Assembly (NCBI GenBank): GCA_973895155.1
Contig: OZ316898.1
Coordinates: 21,543,305 to 21,607,304 of the forward strand
Source: Marsupella aquatica
Lineage: Eukaryota; Plantae; Marchantiophyta
Length of the DNA stretch: 64,000 bases
Direction: 5' to 3'
Positions within the stretch are counted from its first letter, which is position 1. The number at the start of each line of letters is the position of its first letter. The position numbers were made by a program, and so were the translations under genes. Positions 48,869-61,935 of this stretch are shown piece by piece. Below the pieces are notes generated by a model, which saw only the letters and a list, made by a program, of their open reading frames with translations, did no database searches and was not told the DNA's origin.

Positions 48869-51545
48869 TTTAGGGTTTAGGGTTTATGGTTTAGGGTTTA
48901 GAGTGTCATCCCCAGTTTTCACATGTGGCATACCAGTTTTTTAAGTACTGGTATGATTATTGAATATTGGGGGTGAGTTTGACCCCCAGTTTGTTGTGTG
49001 CGCATTTTGGAGGGGCTAGGGGTGGGGGTACCCCGCAATTTTCGGGGTGCGTGTACCAGGGGGCGAGTGCCACCCTACTGTAGCTTTTGGGGGTGTAACG
49101 AGCTGGGGGTGAGGGTGGGGGAGGGGTTCCATGGGGGTTGAGGGTGAGGGTGGCCCCCAGTTTTGGGGGTGCGTGCACATGGGGGCGTGTGCAACCCTGT
49201 ATATATCTTCTCTGCACAGCGCGTGCAATGAGGCCGGTCTTCAGGCCATTTCAGGGTATTTAGGGACCGCGGTGCATGGTCTCCTACATGCAGTGCACGG
49301 TCTCAACATTTCATTATTTGGACTCCCACAACATTATTATCAAAACCTTTAAACTCCACTAGTATTGATTAGGGTGACTTACGGGTGGTTGCCGTAGGCT
49401 CCCATAACATTATTTTTTAAGTGTTCATACACCACTAGCATTCATTGTGACTCACTTGTAGTCCCGCACTCCCATAACATTTCCAATAAATGTCTTTTGC
49501 AGCTATAACATTCATGTTGAAACCATTGGACTCCGTTAGCATCAAAAGTGTCACCATTCAATTTGGGTTCGTGAGAAATACAAAGGAAACAAAGCTTGGT
49601 CAATGCTTCTAGAATTCTTGTACCAGCCTTCAATCTGGTTCCTTAATGTGCTCGTCACCTTCAAATTCCCTTCTGCATTATTGTTGGGTCGGTATTTTGG
49701 TCGGGAAGCATTGGCCTTCGAGAATTCCTGTCGCTGGCCTTCAATCTGGTCCTGACTGTGCTCGCCACCTCCAAATTCCCTTCAATCTGCATCTTGAATC
49801 TTGCATCGCTTGGATGGCGTACTGACATCGTCAATAATTGCAGCAAGTGATGGATTAGAGTCATTCACTGTCGGATGCAGTCTTCGAGCGAAGGCATTTC
49901 CGAATGGTTGCATTTTTTATGCTTACTGGTGGCAGTGGCGTGGCATGGTTTCAGGCTGAGTGTGCAGTGATGGAGCTTCTCTTCTGTACAACATCCATGG
50001 TTGCGGTATCCATGCCTTGCTACTCACCTCCATCTGTGTTGCAACTCCATTCAGACACTCCTAGGACCCAAATCGCCTTCACTGTCCAACCCACCATACA
50101 ACACTCTTATGTAAAGGCTGTGTCTCACATGCGATACATGGTATGTCTCCAAGTTTCAGCATATGGACTCCCACAACATTTCCGGTTAAAGTGGAGGCTC
50201 CCATAACATTTCCGGTTAAACCGTAGACTCCCATAGCTTTCATGTTGAAACCTTTAAACTCCGTTAGCATCAAATGTGTCACCATTCAATTTTGGACGTG
50301 GGAAATGAGATACAAAATTTTGGACGTGGGAAATGCCCATGTGCTCAGATGGGTATGTATGTTTCAAATTACAGTATTTTGAAGGTTGGGGGTTACGAGG
50401 GATGGGGTATTCCAAAACGCACAGCCACCATGTGTTGGGGTAATGCAAGTGCCAATGTGCTCCGAAGGGTATGTATGTATCAAATTACAGTATTTTGAAG
50501 GTTGGGGGTATGAGGGATGGGGTATTCTAAAATGCACAGCCACCATGGGCTGGGGTAATGCAAATTAATGCCCATGTGCTCTGAAGGGTATTAATAGGAT
50601 AATGTCCTGGTTAGAGGGCATTGTGGGATATAATGCCCGTAACTAGGACATTTAATGTACGTAAAAACTTGAGTGACTTTTTGGTAACAAACAAGAAAAA
50701 GTGAATCCCTGAAATAGAAAATTCAAATTAAAGGGTCATCCAAGAAGTGGTTGCTATGGAATTGGCCAAAAATATACCTTCTTTAGTTATATTAGATTCT
50801 ATTCATAGATATTGTGTTAGTATCAGGTAGGTGTTTTGTATAATCCCCTCCTCAAAAAAAGGGGTGCATTATGGAGAATTAATGCACTCAAATATACAAA
50901 GAGAAAAGCCACGAAAGTCTTTACGTATCAAAATTACAGTATTGAAGGTGAAGGGGGGTACGTGGGATGGGGGTATTCTATAACGCACAGCCACAGTTGA
51001 AGCCACTTTGATAAGTGATTACTCAGTTGAACAATAGGAGAGCAATGCTGCTCTAAGTGGAATGTCTTATTTTGTTTACGAGTGGAATGTCTTGTTTTGT
51101 GGACTACCGTAAACAGACATGTTCATTAATGAAGAAATGCGGTGCTGGTCAGACTGTCCTCACTGTTGTTTTTATAAAGTGGGATGAGAAGCTATTGACA
51201 AACCACATCATCACTGACCACACACACTCTTACTGTATAATAATCAGAAGTACTCACTGTACTGTCCAGTAGTCTGCGTTTTTGGATTAGTTGTGATGAT
51301 TTCTGTTCAGTCTGCTACTATAAGGAGGTTGAATGGGCAACCTTCCAGTATGGGTGAAGGTTTTTTCGGGAACAAACAGGCACAGCAGGGTAGTATGGTT
51401 GAATTGCCTAATCTATCTTGTTGTGGGCATTGTATTGCACCTCGCGCTAACCCTTGGTACACTCTTAATCTTAAAAGGTGTTCATCTGTAAAGGCCAAGT
51501 ATTCTGATAAACCCACACAACACTATTGAAAGAAAAGGAACAAGG
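48869..51545 (-). mobile_element. T-element unit 2: telomeric tract, terminus, satellite, 111-bp module and 848-2670 module
   Basis: TTTAGGG-TTTAGGG-TTTATGG-TTTAGGG-TTTAGAG at 48869-48903, then inverted matches to 12374-12845, 30402-30904 and 848-2670. Followed by GGTTTAGGGTTTAGAGT at 51544. Confidence 0.6.
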
Positions 51546-51669
51546 TTTAGGGTTTAGAGTATTCTGAGAAAACCACACACTGTTGACACTGTTTACATGA
51601 TAAATGGCCATTGTCAGTAAGAGATACAAAAGTTGAGGTCATGTAATGCGGTATTATGGTTCATATTAT

Positions 51670-52055
51670 TTAGGAAATTGGGCCATATACGTGGATATCA
51701 TGCACAAGCTAGGGTAATCTAATAATCGAGTAATGTACAACTAAGGTTAATGTTAGGAATACATCCGAACCTCGGGGTAATCCAATCACAAAGCAATGTA
51801 CTAGACAAGTTAATCTTAGGATATTGTGCCATACACACGGATACGAAAGTTGGGGTAATCTTATCCATCAATAAATATACATTAATTAATGTTTAGGATT
51901 TGTGCCATACACATGAATACAAAAGCCGGGGTAATCTTATAATCAATAAAGTACTAGTAAGGTTAATGTTTGGAAATTGGCCACACCCATGGATACAAAG
52001 CTGGGGTAATCCTACACATAGATACGAAGCAAATGCCGGGGTAATCTAATAATCA
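51670..52055. repeat. Degenerate tandem repeats
   Basis: Recurring GGGTAATC(T/C), GCCATACAC and GGATAC blocks. Confidence 0.7.
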
Positions 52056-53252
52056 TAATTAAAGTACAAATGAATGTATTAAGGAATGTACTAAGCTGGG
52101 CTGTAAAAATGTGGGGTTTTACATACATGGACACAAGACTATAAACGTGACGAAATGATGTAATCATGCAGGTCAGGTAAAGTAGGAAGATTGTTTGTTA
52201 CACCAACAGTCTTCGGCCACAAATGAGTTTTCGGCCACAAATGAGGTGTTGTACAACACATTTGTTATGTCATACAGCCATCCATTTGAGTAGTGTTTTT
52301 TTATCTAGATGTAAGTGTCCAGTGTGAGGGAAAATTGGCAGGTCATGTGGGACTGGGGAAAATAAATTTTGATTTGTGTGAAGTGCGGCTCACACGTCGC
52401 TTCTAGGTTCTGAAAATCTAGGGTTGATGGTAAAAATGAAAATGTATAATCTGAGTATGAAATAGATACGGAGGTGTCGAGGAGTAAAACTAGACCAGAC
52501 CAGAATGGGGCAGGGGGAGTTTAGGGTCCATTTATATTGAATGTAATGAGAGAATTGTTTACTAGAATAAATGGTACCCCATATTTAAATAACGTGTCTA
52601 TTGATCGATACCCAGGAAAGAAAATACCGTCCTATCTTCTTTGCACTTCAACCGATGCACAATGCTTGCCTTTCTAGAGAACAAGGTAGCCAAAACAAAT
52701 TCACCGAAGAGAATAGATAGTTCAAAACTCCTGACTCTAATTTACAAATACTACAAAAAAACATTTGACTCTTACCTGAAGTTTTCCTATCGTCTAAAAT
52801 CTTAAAGTTTCCCTTTCCTGAAGCTCAAATTGTTTTTCCTTCCCTGCCCTTCCTCAAGTTTTTTTCCCTAGTGCCTGAAGCTGGAGTTTTTTTTTCCTTC
52901 CCCCCTGACGGTGAAGTTTTTTTTTCTTCCTGGAAAAAGCTGAATTTTTTTTTGCTTGCTTTGGTTTTTGCTGTTTTTCTTCTCCCCCACTTTCACATTA
53001 TGTAGGTTTGTACATCATGTGCGAAAAAAACTAGGATACAATGTATGGATTTGATGAAAAAAATCACCTCTGGTTTAGGGAACCAATATAGAGCAGGTAA
53101 ATTCAGGCATGTACTTTGGCTGGTATTTGTCCCTGCAATACCCAAAATGCTGGTCCGGTGAGGTTTAGGGTCTTTTCAGTACGTTTGGAGTCCTTCTACC
53201 GGCGCAGGGCGCCTTCATGGGGTCCCTGCCCGCTTTGTTGCTTGCTATGACT

Positions 53253-53738
53253 AATAAAAGTACCCTCATTAATAAGAGTACCCTCATGGACAAGGCCCAA
53301 CACAAGGATACCCTTAGGAGATAAGAGTACCCTCACTGATAAGGGTACCCTCATTATCAAAGTACCATTGTTGATAAGTGTACCCTCATTGATACTTAAG
53401 AGTACCCTCATACGCAAGGGTACCCTCAGGAGATAAGAGTACCCTCATTGATAAGGGTACCCTCACTGATCAAAGTACCATTGTTGATAAGCGTACCCAT
53501 TGATAAGAGTACCCTCGCTGATAAGAGTCCCTCGCTGATAAGAGTACCCTCGTTGATAAGAGTACCCTCAAGCACAAGGGTACCCTCAGGAGATAAGAGT
53601 ACCCTCATTGATAAGGGTACCCTCATTGATCTAATTAAGTACCATCGTTGATAAATGTACCACATTGATAAGAGTACCCTCACTGATAAGAGTACCCTCA
53701 TGCACAAGGGTACCCTCAGGAGATAAAAGTACCCTCAT
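53253..53738. repeat. ~20-bp minisatellite (ATAAGAGTACCCTCA core) with a larger CAAGGGTACCCTCAGGAG sub-period
   Basis: Many GTACCCTC motifs; accounts for the spurious ORFs between 53196 and 53707. Confidence 0.92.
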
Positions 53739-56093
53739 TCACATGGGGAGCAATGAAAATAGGGATAATTGTAACCACGTCCAAAAGGTGAGATCTGTGA
53801 TCATAGCCATTCAAAAATACTGTCCTTCAAAACCTTGAGGACTTTAGTTTAAGAACTTTTCTAACAAACAGTTCAAGAATGTTTTTATAACAAAGAATCC
53901 AATAAAGTGTAAACTTTAATTTTATGGTGTTCAATTTTTTTAGATTTTCCCACACTATAGCAAACAAATCCACTGAATTTGTTTATTCTAATTCCAATTC
54001 AGTAAATATTACAATTCCGGTCAAATAGTACACGAACCATTTCAGATCTGAGTACCGAAATGCCGTAAGTTGTAATTTTTATCATTAGATTTATGAATAA
54101 TTCAACATGTAGGTGGGGAGAAAGGGGGAATTTTGATGTTGAGGTACTCACCTTCATAAATCTACTATTGATTTGTCCCAAGGAGTGTACAGTTCTTTCC
54201 TTGGTCTCGCCTCAATATTTGTACAATGTTGGCATGAATGACACTGCACAGAACACTAAAAGGATTTAGTGTCTTGAGGATGACCAAAAACAATGACAAG
54301 AAACCTGAAACTGAAACTCATTTGTCCAAGTGCATGTAGAGCTTCATATCATTGGCAACAATAGTGCTTGAAGCCAACTTACTTTTGAATGACGTGTAAG
54401 GCAATATCTTGTGAAAGAGGGCCGATAGCTTCCCAACTACTAAAGGAAGTAGATTTTGCACTCACAAAGTCATCCCAACAACCAGATCCCCTTGTGCAAT
54501 CTGAGAAACGTGGAGTATTCAATAAAAAGTTCAAAGCAAAATGTAATAAAACCATCATAAACTCAATATAATGAAATGTAACCATGTCCTTTGTGATAAA
54601 TTCTGCAAACCCTTCTGCTTTTTAAATATCTACTAATTAAAAGGAAAAGGATAATACACCAGAATTTACTTCAAAACTCACTGTCAATCATGTTCTCCGA
54701 ACAATAAGAATGATAGGGAGGGAAAATGTCAACCTGGGCATACGCCCAAGTCAGGGTGTGAAGCTTAATTTTCAGGATCCTGGAATTGTGGCCGGAGAGA
54801 GGCAGCTTGCAGCAACAAGTGCTTCAGGCTTCTTCCTCATCAGCATAGCCAACACCACTAGGAGACCAACCTAGAGCAAGTACAGGTCGAGCTCCCTCCT
54901 TGTTTGTGTAGTTCAATGTTCTGACCATGTTCAATGTGCTGCATTCCCTTGGGTTTGGATGATCTTCCCTTGGCAGAAATGAGTCACATTCCAGAGTTAC
55001 TCCATGCATAATGATTATTCACCTGCCCCTGGGGTTGGATGATCTTTGTGTGGGATAAATGCCCGGTTTGAGTTAACGGGCAAGTTTACGTGTTGCCCTA
55101 CGGGGTGTGGTTGGGACCGGGTGGGGTTGGGATAGGGTTGGGATGAGGTTGGGACGGTGTCAGGATAGGGGCGGGATGACCAGGTGTGACGGATGACAAA
55201 TCAAGGCCAAACCAGGCATAAATGAATCACACTTCAGAGTTACTCAAGGCAAAATGATTATTCTTCTGCCGCCAATCTGAATTGACTACTTGTAGCCTGG
55301 TGGAATCAGTGGATACTCATTACTTGGCGAGAGGTTGCACCATAAAGATTGTTATGGTTAGGAATCAAATAATAGTTGAGTGTTCATTAAGTGTTTATAA
55401 TACCTTGAAAGGGTTTAACAGTTTAATGATTAGATGCATGGGACCCGGATGGGATCCCATATGAGCTTACACTTTGAATCGTTCAACAATCTGAACCATA
55501 AAATGTACAAGGGTAAATTTATAAGAAGGTAATGGCATTGTGACTTTTTTCATCAAAGCAAGCTGGAGTGCCAGTTCCTTGTTATTAGGATATATCTAGA
55601 TCCAGACTAGCTCCAGAGTACCAAAATCTCTGCACTTTTGGGGCACTCTGTTGTGCTATGCATTTGAGGGAGTATTCATATCTATAACTAGACCAATGCC
55701 CGTGCGTTGAACAAAAGATGTTGACATGAGAAAACATACCAAGGAGAGAGAAAGAGTAAAAGTGAGGAAAAGATATCAAAGTGAGAAAACTAAGTGAATA
55801 GTTTAGCTACTCATTTGCTAAACTAACAACAATAAGTTCAGCAGTTAATTGGCAAGGGAGTCCACCCTACAATTTAGCTGGTTGCAGTCAAACTGGAGTT
55901 TGGACTTTGAATGCCATAAACTTACATTCCACCATGGGTGAGTGCAATGTGTGTATTTAGGCAAAGCTCAGATAATTGAAGGGAATGGGCTTACTCCCCT
56001 CTTTTATAGGGGGAGTGACACTTATTTCACTGACAGTTTACATAAGACTGCAAGATGGGCATCACTAGAAGAAATTAATAAGAAATCATTAGT

Positions 56094-56500
56094 AAACCCT
56101 AAACCCTAAACTTTCTACAGTAGTTGATTCTAAGTGTGTTAATTTATATATATAGTGCACGTTGCACATATTGGTGAGAGGCAGCCAGGGGTGAAGTCTC
56201 AATGTGTGATCACATGTAGGGTCTGTTGAGGGGAATCTAACATTTAGGATACTTAGACCAGTACTGTCAAAGAACTCACACTCCCCTGCTGTAAATTAAG
56301 CCGACATTGCTCCAAAGCAGAGACAAACTTTCTAAGTTCATTGATCTACAAAACTCTCCCCACATTGAGACCTTACTAAAATAGAAAACGAGGAAGAAGT
56401 ACATTTAAGAAAACTAAGGACCAATTTCCTGAAAAAGGCCAAACAAAGTACAATGGAGTAAAGCAAATTATAGAGATAAACTAAACCCTAAACCCTAAAC
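56094..56500 (+). repeat. Two short interstitial telomeric tracts (56094-56111 and 56481-56500)
   Basis: AAACCCTAAACCCTAAACTTT at both sites. Confidence 0.85.
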
Positions 56501-56799
56501 TTTACCCTCAGCTTAAGTGATTTAGAAAGGAAATGCAAACACAGCAAAGGTTAATTAAATCAATTATTTTGAGCTCAATTTATTAATTGTTATCAGTAAC
56601 AAAATGATGAAAAATAACTGCAAGAAAGAAGCAACAATGGGTACTAGATAGAGGACAAGGTTCACATGTGGTCCCAATAGGTTTTTGCCCACAGGCAGGT
56701 CCCATTTGTTTAATATGTTCCGTTAGCTTACATACATCTAATGAGGGTCCAAATGGAAATGAATCACTCTACCAAAGAACAAAATGAGCCAAATCTGTG

Positions 56800-57130
56800 G
56801 ATGAGACCCAATAAAGGGGAGAAGGGACAGGATCCCAATTACATGACCCCCCAAAACGGGGAGAAGCTGATACAGGATCTCAACTAAATGAGACACACAA
56901 GAGGGGAGAAGAGACAGAGGATCTCAACTAAATGAGACACACAAAAGGGGAGAAAACCAGAGAAATACCATTTGAAGACCAAAGACTGAGCCAACATTCC
57001 TGAGTTCCGAATAACTACAAAGATTCAGAAATTATGCTAACCTAGGTATTATCACTATCGAAAATTCCTGATCAAGCCGCCAATAACTACAAAGAACTTA
57101 GAACATGCTAACCTAGGTATTATCACTATC
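56800..57130. repeat. Two short tandem repeat clusters (~55 bp and ~72 bp units)
   Basis: GGGGAGAAG..GGATCTCAACTAAATGAGACACACAA repeated; AATAACTACAAAGA..GCTAACCTAGGTATTATCACTATC twice. Confidence 0.8.
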
Positions 57131-60100
57131 TAAAGTAGAGACTAGATTTTCTGCGAGCAACAAGACCATTCATATCTTCTAGAGACTAAAGTGACCAAAC
57201 ACTGTCTAAATGCTCAAGCAACAGCATGTAACATCCGTATCTTGTAGCTGTCCAACTATGTACTAGTAGTGCCCACTGCAAGGTCTCTAGCTCTGGATGA
57301 ATGCCTGGATTGAATGACAATCACTACCATGAAAGGTTTTGATATATAGCAGGCCAGTGACTCTGTTAATCGATCAAGCTCTTTGGCCAGGCATGTCAAG
57401 AAGTTGGAAGGACGGGCTCATTCCCACAGATCAAGATTCTATTCCTCTTTCAATTGTTGGGTTGTCGACAATCTTTAGAACTGCATTGAGTTGTCGTAGA
57501 GACCCTCATCCGTTCGCCCCAGTGAAGGGAAGGGATCAACGAGAACCGCACTCAACGCCCTCTTCTCCAATTGAAAGAAGGATCTCCTTCTATGGATGTC
57601 CCCCCAGGAGATCCCGAGGTGCACACTCAAGGGGCTATGATGTCTGGCCTTCTCTTACAATTGTTATACCAAATTCCTGGAGGTACTGCTCGGCAGGTCG
57701 TTGCACAGTGGAAATGGTTGCCAATGGAAACGAAGACTTGCGTAGATGCTAAGAGTTATGTAGATGCTAAGAGTTGGGTACATGCTAAGAGATGTGTAGA
57801 TGCTCTTGTTAAGATTAACAAGGAGATCACGGTATTGTGGGAAGTAAAGGCAATAGCCCCGCAGTTACAGACGAACTTGGACACGTAATTGATTTTGTAG
57901 TTAAACTTTGTTGAAAGTCTTTATAACAGAGCAATCACAAGTTCCACGCATGCGCGATTGTGAGGAACCAAGTCCAAGTTGCCGCGCGCGCGAAATGACA
58001 AAATTTTACGGGGAGCACAATGTGCACACAACGTAAACTCAAGACTCTATGAGTGCTTGGAGCAAGGTGGACAGGCTATGGGACGTGATCCAGATTTTTG
58101 ACCACCCTCTGCTGGGGAAGCTGCAGTGGCATTCGTTCTCTTGGAGAAGCTATAGCGGCGACCCTTTGGAGAAATCAGCTGGCAGTCTCGAACAGTCTAC
58201 AAGGCCCAATGTTAAGCTTTGATGGCGGCGAGGCAGTCTAATCACAAAACCTAAAAAGTTGTAGCAGGAAGTGGAGAAAAAAACAGGCGCAATGTGTACT
58301 ACTTAAAAAAGTTCCAAAAGTGGCGTTTTGGGTAGAATAGGGCGCTGCCCTCAGCCTTTTGGTCCCGATCCCCTAACAACTTTGTGGCGGGCTTCGGCTA
58401 ACAGGTTCATTATTGGTGTGGGAGTTCTACTCGACCAGCCACCAGAGGCCTTAGTGGACATAAACGCAGTAGCTAGTACAGTAGTTCACTTGACGTGACC
58501 AGTGAGGTGCAACAACCACTCGGTTGATTGAAGCATCAAAAGAATTGGCTGAAACGGCCACAATCTCATACAACATACATGGCAAGGTCTCTATGCCAAT
58601 TTCCCAGCCTTATCTAGGGACAGATTGAAGGCAGCTTCCGACCACGAAAGTCACAAAACTGCCTATGAGCCATCCGTACCTCTAAAGATCCGCCATATAT
58701 AGACCCTCTTCACAGCTTTATACAATCTTCCGACTACCGCAGCCACAATAGTGTGCTAGAATTCACTGTGAAGTACTGGATTGGCTCCACTCTAATTCGT
58801 GCCTTACTCGAGACATGAGAAACGGAAAAATTGACGCGTCTAGTTTTGTCTCACCTTGTTTAAGTAAGCAATGTTGACAATCGGGTCGAGAAGGTACTGG
58901 AGGAATGCATCCAATGTGAAGGAGTGCTTTGCTTTCATCAATATCGTATTCTAGTGAGCCATCTGCTCATTGATGATCTTCTCGGCATCACCCAACCTCG
59001 GTTTCACCTTGCTCTGCGTTCAGAAACTCTTTAAACTTTGCCGGGACAATGACATCATTCTCTGCATACTTGTGCATGCGATCAAATCGCCTCTTTGGTA
59101 ATTAAACCATTGTCCATCAATCTCTCCTCCTATACAAGCTCGGAGTATCCATCTCTATATATCCTGCCCACAGGACTCTAGGGGGAGGCACAACATAATC
59201 ACAACAAAAACTTTTCTCTTTTGCACGAATGAAGCACCGAAAATAGTGTTTAGAAGCGAAAAGAAATTATGCACTTAACACAGGCCTGAATATCAGATTT
59301 GCACGGGAGGTCAAGTGTATTATCTAGCTGGGACTATTTTCGCACCTTTCTCCCATAAAACAACGCGCAATATATATATTCCAACACATTCGCAGTGCCA
59401 AATTAATGATCCCATGTTTGCACCCTGAGTTAATAAAGTGCAAAATAATTGAGAGATGCAATAGCTAATTACCGATCAGATCTAACTATATATGGAGAGA
59501 AGATACATTCGAAATAGAGAAGGGAGAACACCACAAGGATCTGTTGGCAGCAGCAGTCGATACAAAGTCGATCTAACCAGACGAGTGACAAGTACACATG
59601 TTAGAGACTCCTCGATGAAGCTCAAACGACAAGACTGGTAACAAGCCCAGTTGAAAAACTCAAGCTGCGATAGTCCAACGAGAAGCAAAACGATGAAGAA
59701 ATGAAGGCGGGACCCCACGAGCCAGAGAATGCAACCCTAAACCCAATATGCCGCTTCACTAATTCGCTCAACCTTCAAACACACGGATCCCTGTGGCCCT
59801 GCAAAACATAGGACCCATGTGCTCACTAACAAGTGGGTCCGCAAAGGTATTGAAAATGAAAAAACCAAACATCTCACAAGAAAGAATGACGACATCGGCC
59901 GTGGGGACTAGAGAGCGAGAGATGACAGCAGCATCCCGGTTTGTTCGTTTGCAACTCGACACAATATGCAAAAGTGAGTTGTTCGCAAGATGTGGGCACC
60001 GTTGACGTGACTCGGTCATGTTGCAGTGTTGCGCGTTCCAAAGTCTTCTACCGGACAGGTTTCATCATTCGGAGAATCTCAACGCCTACTTTGGACTGAT

Positions 60101-60812
60101 TGACTGGAGAAGTGGAGATCCTAGTGGACGAAATATTTGCACTGCTGTAATCCTTGTATTCTCAAAACAGTGATGTCGTCAATGTATTTTGTTTTGAGGG
60201 GGATTTTCATGTCATTGCGGCGGACGAGCGTTTGGTGTGTACTTAGAGTAAAGAAACCTTATGCCAGGCGGGGCTGTTCAGTGGTGATTGAGCTCCCGCG
60301 TCGACATGCATTCTATCTCTCAAGTGCTGCCGGTGGTCTGTTGCCCCCCAATGATCTGCGAAAGGCGATGAGACTCTGAGCATCGCTTGCTTGAGTCTAC
60401 AGGAATGAATGGTTTGCTTAAGAGGTCACGTGTAAAGTCAATACTGTGCTGAGCTTTGGAAAATTCGGCGGAGTAGTTAGGGATCGCGATGCTGTTGGGT
60501 CACTAAGAGTAGATGCTGTCGGAGTAATGTTGTAGCAAGCCAATGTGATTAGAACAGCCATGTCAGCAGCTTTGGACACTGGGCCAAAGGGAAAAGACTG
60601 ACATAATACTAAAGCTGATTTGATCCACCTGGCTGCTCAGTCGGCTACAAAGTGCACATTCATTCAAGCTGCAATTCGGAAGTGCGGGGGCAAGGAGGAA
60701 AAGGGGCTACAGCTGTACACAGCCTAGGGATCAAATGGGCGATGGGGACAGTTCGATAAACAACTGGGACGAGCAGATGCTACGGGGCGGGACCCAGAGG
60801 TCAGACTTCCCA

Positions 60813-60925
60813 TCTGGGACAAAGCATGCTCAGATAAGCTTGGAATCAAGCCTCAGTATGTAGCCGCTCTGGGACAAAGCATGCTCAGATAAGATTGGAA
60901 TCAAGCCTCAGTATGTAGCCGCTCT
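60813..60925. repeat. ~55-bp tandem duplication
   Basis: TCTGGGACAAAGCATGCTCAGATAAG.TTGGAATCAAGCCTCAGTATGTAGCCGC twice. Confidence 0.92.
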
Positions 60926-61029
60926 GTCAGGTTTATTGGGGCCTGATAAAGCTTGATTCACACTAGGACTGCCACTACGTAAGTTAGCACTCTGGACAGT
61001 AGCTCTGGGAACAAGGAGCTGTGCTTGGC

Positions 61030-61674
61030 TGGAGCACCAGAGAGATTGTGATGCCATCGGCTATCTCTAGGTGAGAAACAATCACGTCCTGCCATAAATG
61101 TCCCCTCGGGAAAAGAAAGGGCAACTTTCAGTACTATGGTTCTGTACTAGGACCCGCTACAAATTTACAAAAATAGTTGACCTCCGCTGATCATTATTCC
61201 ACTTTTGATGGGCTGATACAAACCACCGTCGTTGAATTGGCCTCCAAACAGGACCTACAACGTTGTTTTGTCATCACTGCTACATCGCGATCGGCCTTCA
61301 CTAGATATCCCTTCCAATTTGTTCTAGATGCTAAATAATTAATCATCGACACTGAGTTTTGCCGACGATTAGGAGTAGATAATGTACGGCAGATGCTCAA
61401 ACTCGCTCGGAAGTTTGCAGCAACTAAATTTGAAGAGGAAGCCAAGAAGCTCTTCAGGGAACACTTTGACATCCTGAAGACTAATGTGTTTGATGTTTTG
61501 GAAGGACTTCATTATGATTCGGAAGGCTCACATGATGGTGAAGTCGTTTCAGGTCAAAAATCATTTGTGGATCTTTGTCAACTCATTCATTCACAATCCG
61601 TCATTCGACTCTCAAACCAGAGAGACCTTGACATCTCGTCAGGGCAGCTTCGGGTCAAAATGCGAACTATTTAG
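61030..61674 (+). pseudogene. BTB/POZ-domain gene relic
   Basis: Fragments in different frames: DCDAI, ETITSCHKCPLGKRKGNF (resembles the BTB ..HK.vL...S..F motif), and IIDTEFCRRLGVDNVRQMLKLARKFAATKFEEEAKKLFREHFDIL (post-BTB/BACK-like helices); stops and frameshifts present. Confidence 0.55.
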
Positions 61675-61935
61675 CGTACATCAGTACGAGAGCAGACCCT
61701 ACACGCACGGATGATTCAAAGCCGACCTGTCGAACATGCTCATGAATTTATTTTCCGCATGTTAGAGCTAATGGGCTGCCACATGCATTCAGGATGCTCA
61801 GATACGTGATCTCATTTGGCTTCACGCCTTCTTGGCGCATTAGATTGAAAATGTCGAGTGCAGATTGAACATGATCACTCCTAGCGTATCCCGCAATCAT
61901 GCTGGTCCAAGTAATAACACTCTTGTTCTGAATTT
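61668..61935 (-). pseudogene. PLS-class pentatricopeptide repeat (PPR) fragment
   Basis: Manual translation: QNKSVITWTSMIAGYARSDHVQSALDIFNLMRQEGVKPNEITYLSILNACGSPLALTCGK*IHEHVRQVGFESSVRVGSALVLMYAK*. Absent from the ORF track. Confidence 0.9.
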
